Source: Ignavibacteriales bacterium
Lineage (GTDB): Bacteria > Bacteroidota > Ignavibacteria > UBA10030 > UBA6906
Direction: 5' to 3'
Length of the DNA stretch: 30,279 nt
Assembly: GCA_037441705.1 (NCBI GenBank)
Contig: JBBIRR010000044.1
Span: 1 to 30,279 of the forward strand
Shown piece after piece: positions 27,101 through 30,279 of the stretch. The position numbers and the translations under genes were made by a program. The notes under the pieces are model-generated. The model was not told the DNA's origin, made no database searches, and saw only the letters and a list, made by a program, of their open reading frames with translations. Each line of letters starts with the position of its first letter. The stretch's first letter is position 1.

Positions 27101-28299
27101 GCGGACACTCCGGCTCGGCGTTCGGCGACGGAATGCAGCGCGAGCAGAATCGCGGCAAGGACAAGTCCGGGAAACACACCCAACCACCACCCGGTAGGCA
27201 TGTAGGAGAGTGCCTGGCCGAGCATGTTTCCCAGACTCGGCGTGGGCGGTTGAACACCTAATCCCAGGAAGCTCAACGATGCCTCGGCGAGTACGGCGTT
27301 ACTGAATTGAATTGTTGCCGCGGTGACAAGAAGGGGCTTGACGTTCGGCAGAATATGCCTGAGCAAAATTGTTGTTGCCCGCTGGTTCAGAAGTTTCGCT
27401 GCAAGGACAAACTCGCGCTCACGCAAACGGATTACCTCCATGCGAACGGTGCGCGCAATTCCCATCCATCCCGTGAACGAAAGAATGAGAATGAGGGTGA
27501 AGACCGAAGGCTGAAGAAATGCCGTCATCCCTACAACAAGAAACAAACTCGGAATGGCAAGCATCAGGTCCGTGAACCGCATCAATAGCGAGTCCACAAA
27601 CCGGGTCGTGTAGCCGGCAAGGAATCCGACAAGCGTCCCAATGCACACAGCCCCGAGTGCCGCGGCAAGTCCGATAGCCGTGGAGACCCGTGCTCCGTAC
27701 ACAACCCTGCTGAAAACGTCACGGCCGTTGTCGTCCGTACCAAAGAGAAAAATGACCGGCTGAGGGTACGCCTCGTTTTGCGGAAGAGCGGCCGTCGCGC
27801 CGGCGAATCGCTCGGGGCGGTGCAGAAGGAAGGTCGAAGTCGTGCGTACTGTGCGTGCAATCCAACTCTCGTCGCTGCTCATCGTTGATTCATCGTGGGT
27901 GAAAGTGCGCACACCAGCAGAAAGCGGCGGAAGAAGCCTCGTCGTCAGCAACTCCCCCTGCACATGCGGATGTACGGGCGAAACGAACGGAGCAGTCATG
28001 ATAACAAAGGCGAGCAGGAGGAGCGCCTTCTCAGCAACACATGAAGGTTGTGTCGGAACCTGCGGCCGCATCAGCGATCGAAGAGCGACCGCGCCTCCGA
28101 GCGTCCAGACAACAAGCGCAATCCAGTATTCCAACAGCTCTACACGCCAGAATGCATCGAGAATGTGGCGTTCCCAAAAAGCTGCCATGGCGAACGACAG
28201 GAGAGAAAGAACACTCGCCCACATGATATCCGACCTCACCCATGTGATAGCGGCAAAGACAAGCACGGCGCCGAGCAAAATGTATCTTGAGAGATTCAT
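27097..28299 (-). CDS. Peptide/nickel ABC transporter permease (DppC/OppC type) with extended N-terminal TM region
   Basis: LFGTDDNGRDVFSRVVYGARVS, EFVLAAKLL (EAA loop), RHILPN and AEASLSFLGLGVQPPTPSLG; ATG 28299 lies 4 nt after the upstream stop. Confidence 0.92.
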   Translation of the reverse strand: MNLSRYILLGAVLVFAAITWVRSDIMWASVLSLLSFAMAAFWERHILDAFWRVELLEYWIALVVWTLGGAVALRSLMRPQVPTQPSCVAEKALLLLAFVIMTAPFVSPVHPHVQGELLTTRLLPPLSAGVRTFTHDESTMSSDESWIARTVRTTSTFLLHRPERFAGATAALPQNEAYPQPVIFLFGTDDNGRDVFSRVVYGARVSTAIGLAAALGAVCIGTLVGFLAGYTTRFVDSLLMRFTDLMLAIPSLFLVVGMTAFLQPSVFTLILILSFTGWMGIARTVRMEVIRLREREFVLAAKLLNQRATTILLRHILPNVKPLLVTAATIQFSNAVLAEASLSFLGLGVQPPTPSLGNMLGQALSYMPTGWWLGVFPGLVLAAILLALHSVAERRAGVSA

Positions 28300-28303
28300 C
28301 GGC

Positions 28304-29266
28304 TCATCGGGCCAGTCGGATACGTGGGTCGAGAAGGGCATTGGCCACGTCGGCAACGAGGTTGCCGAGCACAACAACGACTCCGGCAACCAAAACGCAT
28401 CCCATGACGAGTGGGTAGTCTCGTGCGAAGATCGCATGAACCGTAAGTTGCCCCATGCCCGGCCAGGAAAAAAGGGTTTCGGTAACCAGCACTCCGGTCA
28501 TCAGTACGCCAATCTCGACTCCGAGGAGAGAAACTACCGGAGATGCGGCGTTTGGGAGAACATACGATCGGAAGACGCGGCCGGATGAAAGTCCCAAGCT
28601 CCGTGCGTACAATACGAACTCTTGCTTCTGGACATCGCGTACACTACTGCGCAAGTATCTCGCAAACGCTGCAGCAGCAGGGATTGCGAGCGTGAGCGAG
28701 GGAAGCACAAGATGCTGAAGCAGATTTGGAAATGAGCCATAATGCTGAGATGAATACATCTGAGACGATGGAAGCACGCCCAAGCCATATGAGAAGCAAA
28801 GCAGCAAGATCATCCCTACCCAAAACGATGGGACGGTGTATACGGCAAGAAGGAAGCCGGAAAAAATCTTCTCGATTCTCTTTCCGTCAAGAAAGAAAGT
28901 CGGCAGCGCAAGAAGCAATCCAAGAACAACCTCCATCACCAATGCTGCAGCAGCAAGAATGACGGTATTCGGAAACACGCCGGCGATGACGTTGAGGACC
29001 GGTTGGCTGCGCGTGAATGATGTGCCCAGGTCGCCCGACATCACAGAGCGAATCCAGATGAAATACTGTTCAACGATTGGCCGGTCGAGTCCAAGCTGCA
29101 AACGAAGTTGGTCACGAACCGAGGCCGGCACCGAGGGAGAAATCAGCACATCGGTGACGTCACCCGGCAGGAATCGGGAGAGAAAAAACACGAACGTCAC
29201 GAGTCCGACTATGAGCGGAAGTGCGCCGGCCAAGCGCCGTATGATGTATCCGAGCAGCGAGTTCAG
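28304..29266 (-). CDS. Peptide/nickel ABC transporter permease (DppB/OppB type)
   Basis: LPGD, LGLDRPIVEQY, GDLGTS, PSFWVG, ARSLGL and ETLFSWPGMGQL..ARDYPLV. The frame is open upstream through GYIIRRL to CTG codons at 29257/29266; first TTG is at 29233. Confidence 0.92.
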   Translation of the reverse strand: MNSLLGYIIRRLAGALPLIVGLVTFVFFLSRFLPGDVTDVLISPSVPASVRDQLRLQLGLDRPIVEQYFIWIRSVMSGDLGTSFTRSQPVLNVIAGVFPNTVILAAAALVMEVVLGLLLALPTFFLDGKRIEKIFSGFLLAVYTVPSFWVGMILLLCFSYGLGVLPSSQMYSSQHYGSFPNLLQHLVLPSLTLAIPAAAAFARYLRSSVRDVQKQEFVLYARSLGLSSGRVFRSYVLPNAASPVVSLLGVEIGVLMTGVLVTETLFSWPGMGQLTVHAIFARDYPLVMGCVLVAGVVVVLGNLVADVANALLDPRIRLAR

Positions 29267-29267
29267 C

Positions 29268-30279
29268 TTACTTCTCCTCGAGGGTCCATTGCCATGCTTT
29301 GTGTGTTGTGCCGAGGATGCCGATATTCTGCCCTTTCACCCGCTTGTTCACGCCCACAAGATCGTTGATCCAGAAGAGAAACGTGTAAGGCTGTTCATCC
29401 TGCACGATCCGTTGGAATTCTTTCCAGAGCGGAGCGGCATCGGTTGCGCGGCTAACGGTTTTGGCGGTCCGAAGGATTTCATCCACCCGAGGGTTGCGAA
29501 ATCCCACCAGGTTGAACGGCGCCCGCTTCAAGTCCGAATTCCACCAGACATCCAACTCCATTTGTAATGGAAGTCGGAAGCCGGCGATCCAGGCGTCGTA
29601 TTTTCTCTGCATCAAATCATTCCAGAACGTCCCTCGTTCCACCTGCTCGATCCTCGCGTCAATCTTTACGTCGCGCAGGCGCTGCTGCACGACAGCAGCA
29701 ATCACCTCACGCAGGTCGTTGCCGGACGCAATCTTGATCACGAACGAGAACTCGGTGCCGCCTTTGTCGAGCACACCATTGCCATCGCTATCAACCCAGC
29801 CTTCCGCGCGCAGCAGGTTCTGCGCGCGCTGCCTGTCAAAAGGGAGTGGCTTCAATGTATCGTCGAACGCCCATTTGAAAAGCGGTGAAATCCCGCCCGC
29901 AGCGGCCGCACCATGGCTGCCGAGATACGCACGCACGATTTCCTCCCGATCAATACTCATCGTAAGCGCGCGGCGGACGTTTTTCGATCCAAATAACCGA
30001 TGCGGCCGGATGATGCTACCGTTGGATTTCCTGTACATCTCGTGGTCAATATTGTTCCAGCCGATGAAGTCATAATCTCTACCAATCGTTGAAATGATCT
30101 GCACCGTCGTTGACCGCGAGAGAGAGGCGACATCCTCGAGTCGTAAGCCGCCGACGATGTCCACTTCCCCTGATTCAAGTTGTGCGACGCGTGATCTGTA
30201 ATCGGGGAGGACTTTGAACACGAGGTGGGAGAGATTCGGTTTGATGCCGCACCAACCAGACTTGTTCGCAGCCAGGACG
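29268..30279 (-). CDS. Peptide ABC transporter substrate-binding protein (family 5), 5'-truncated by the window edge
   Basis: LESGEVD, VRRALTMSIDREEIV, FDRQRAQNLLRAEGWVDSDGNGVLDKGG, N..GFRNPRVD and DEQPYTFL; the frame stays open to the window end. Confidence 0.92.
   Translation of the reverse strand, partial: VLAANKSGWCGIKPNLSHLVFKVLPDYRSRVAQLESGEVDIVGGLRLEDVASLSRSTTVQIISTIGRDYDFIGWNNIDHEMYRKSNGSIIRPHRLFGSKNVRRALTMSIDREEIVRAYLGSHGAAAAGGISPLFKWAFDDTLKPLPFDRQRAQNLLRAEGWVDSDGNGVLDKGGTEFSFVIKIASGNDLREVIAAVVQQRLRDVKIDARIEQVERGTFWNDLMQRKYDAWIAGFRLPLQMELDVWWNSDLKRAPFNLVGFRNPRVDEILRTAKTVSRATDAAPLWKEFQRIVQDEQPYTFLFWINDLVGVNKRVKGQNIGILGTTHKAWQWTLEEK

Overview
About 30 kb of GC-rich bacterial chromosome with all real genes on the minus strand. 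A secreted protein with a T9SS-type C-terminal domain (QNYPNPFNPST) suggests the Ignavibacteria/Bacteroidota-Chlorobi group (inference). The left part is mostly housekeeping: tRNA-Val(CAC), then a PyrR attenuator and pyrR-pyrB-pyrC, a small pentapeptide-repeat gene, the T9SS-sorted protein, hrpB, a TM-helix/amidohydrolase/EamA operon, a REP-like palindrome cluster, lysC, corA, a radical SAM enzyme and a PagL-like deacylase. The right part (about 16.6-30.3 kb) holds the best candidate for a new system. A peptide-type ABC importer is translationally coupled to a Ser/Thr kinase-STAND ATPase-TPR protein. These are followed by a sigma54 activator with a degenerate receiver, a lipoprotein whose ZU5-like domain ends in an HFS autoproteolysis motif nine residues from the C-terminus, two paralogous soluble GAF histidine kinases flanking a PP2C phosphatase, and two good sigma54 -24/-12 promoters. 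My working hypothesis, which is inference and untested, is a self-cleaving-lipoprotein / peptide-import / STAND-kinase circuit that controls a sigma54 regulon. All calls come from reading motifs by eye; no database searches were run.
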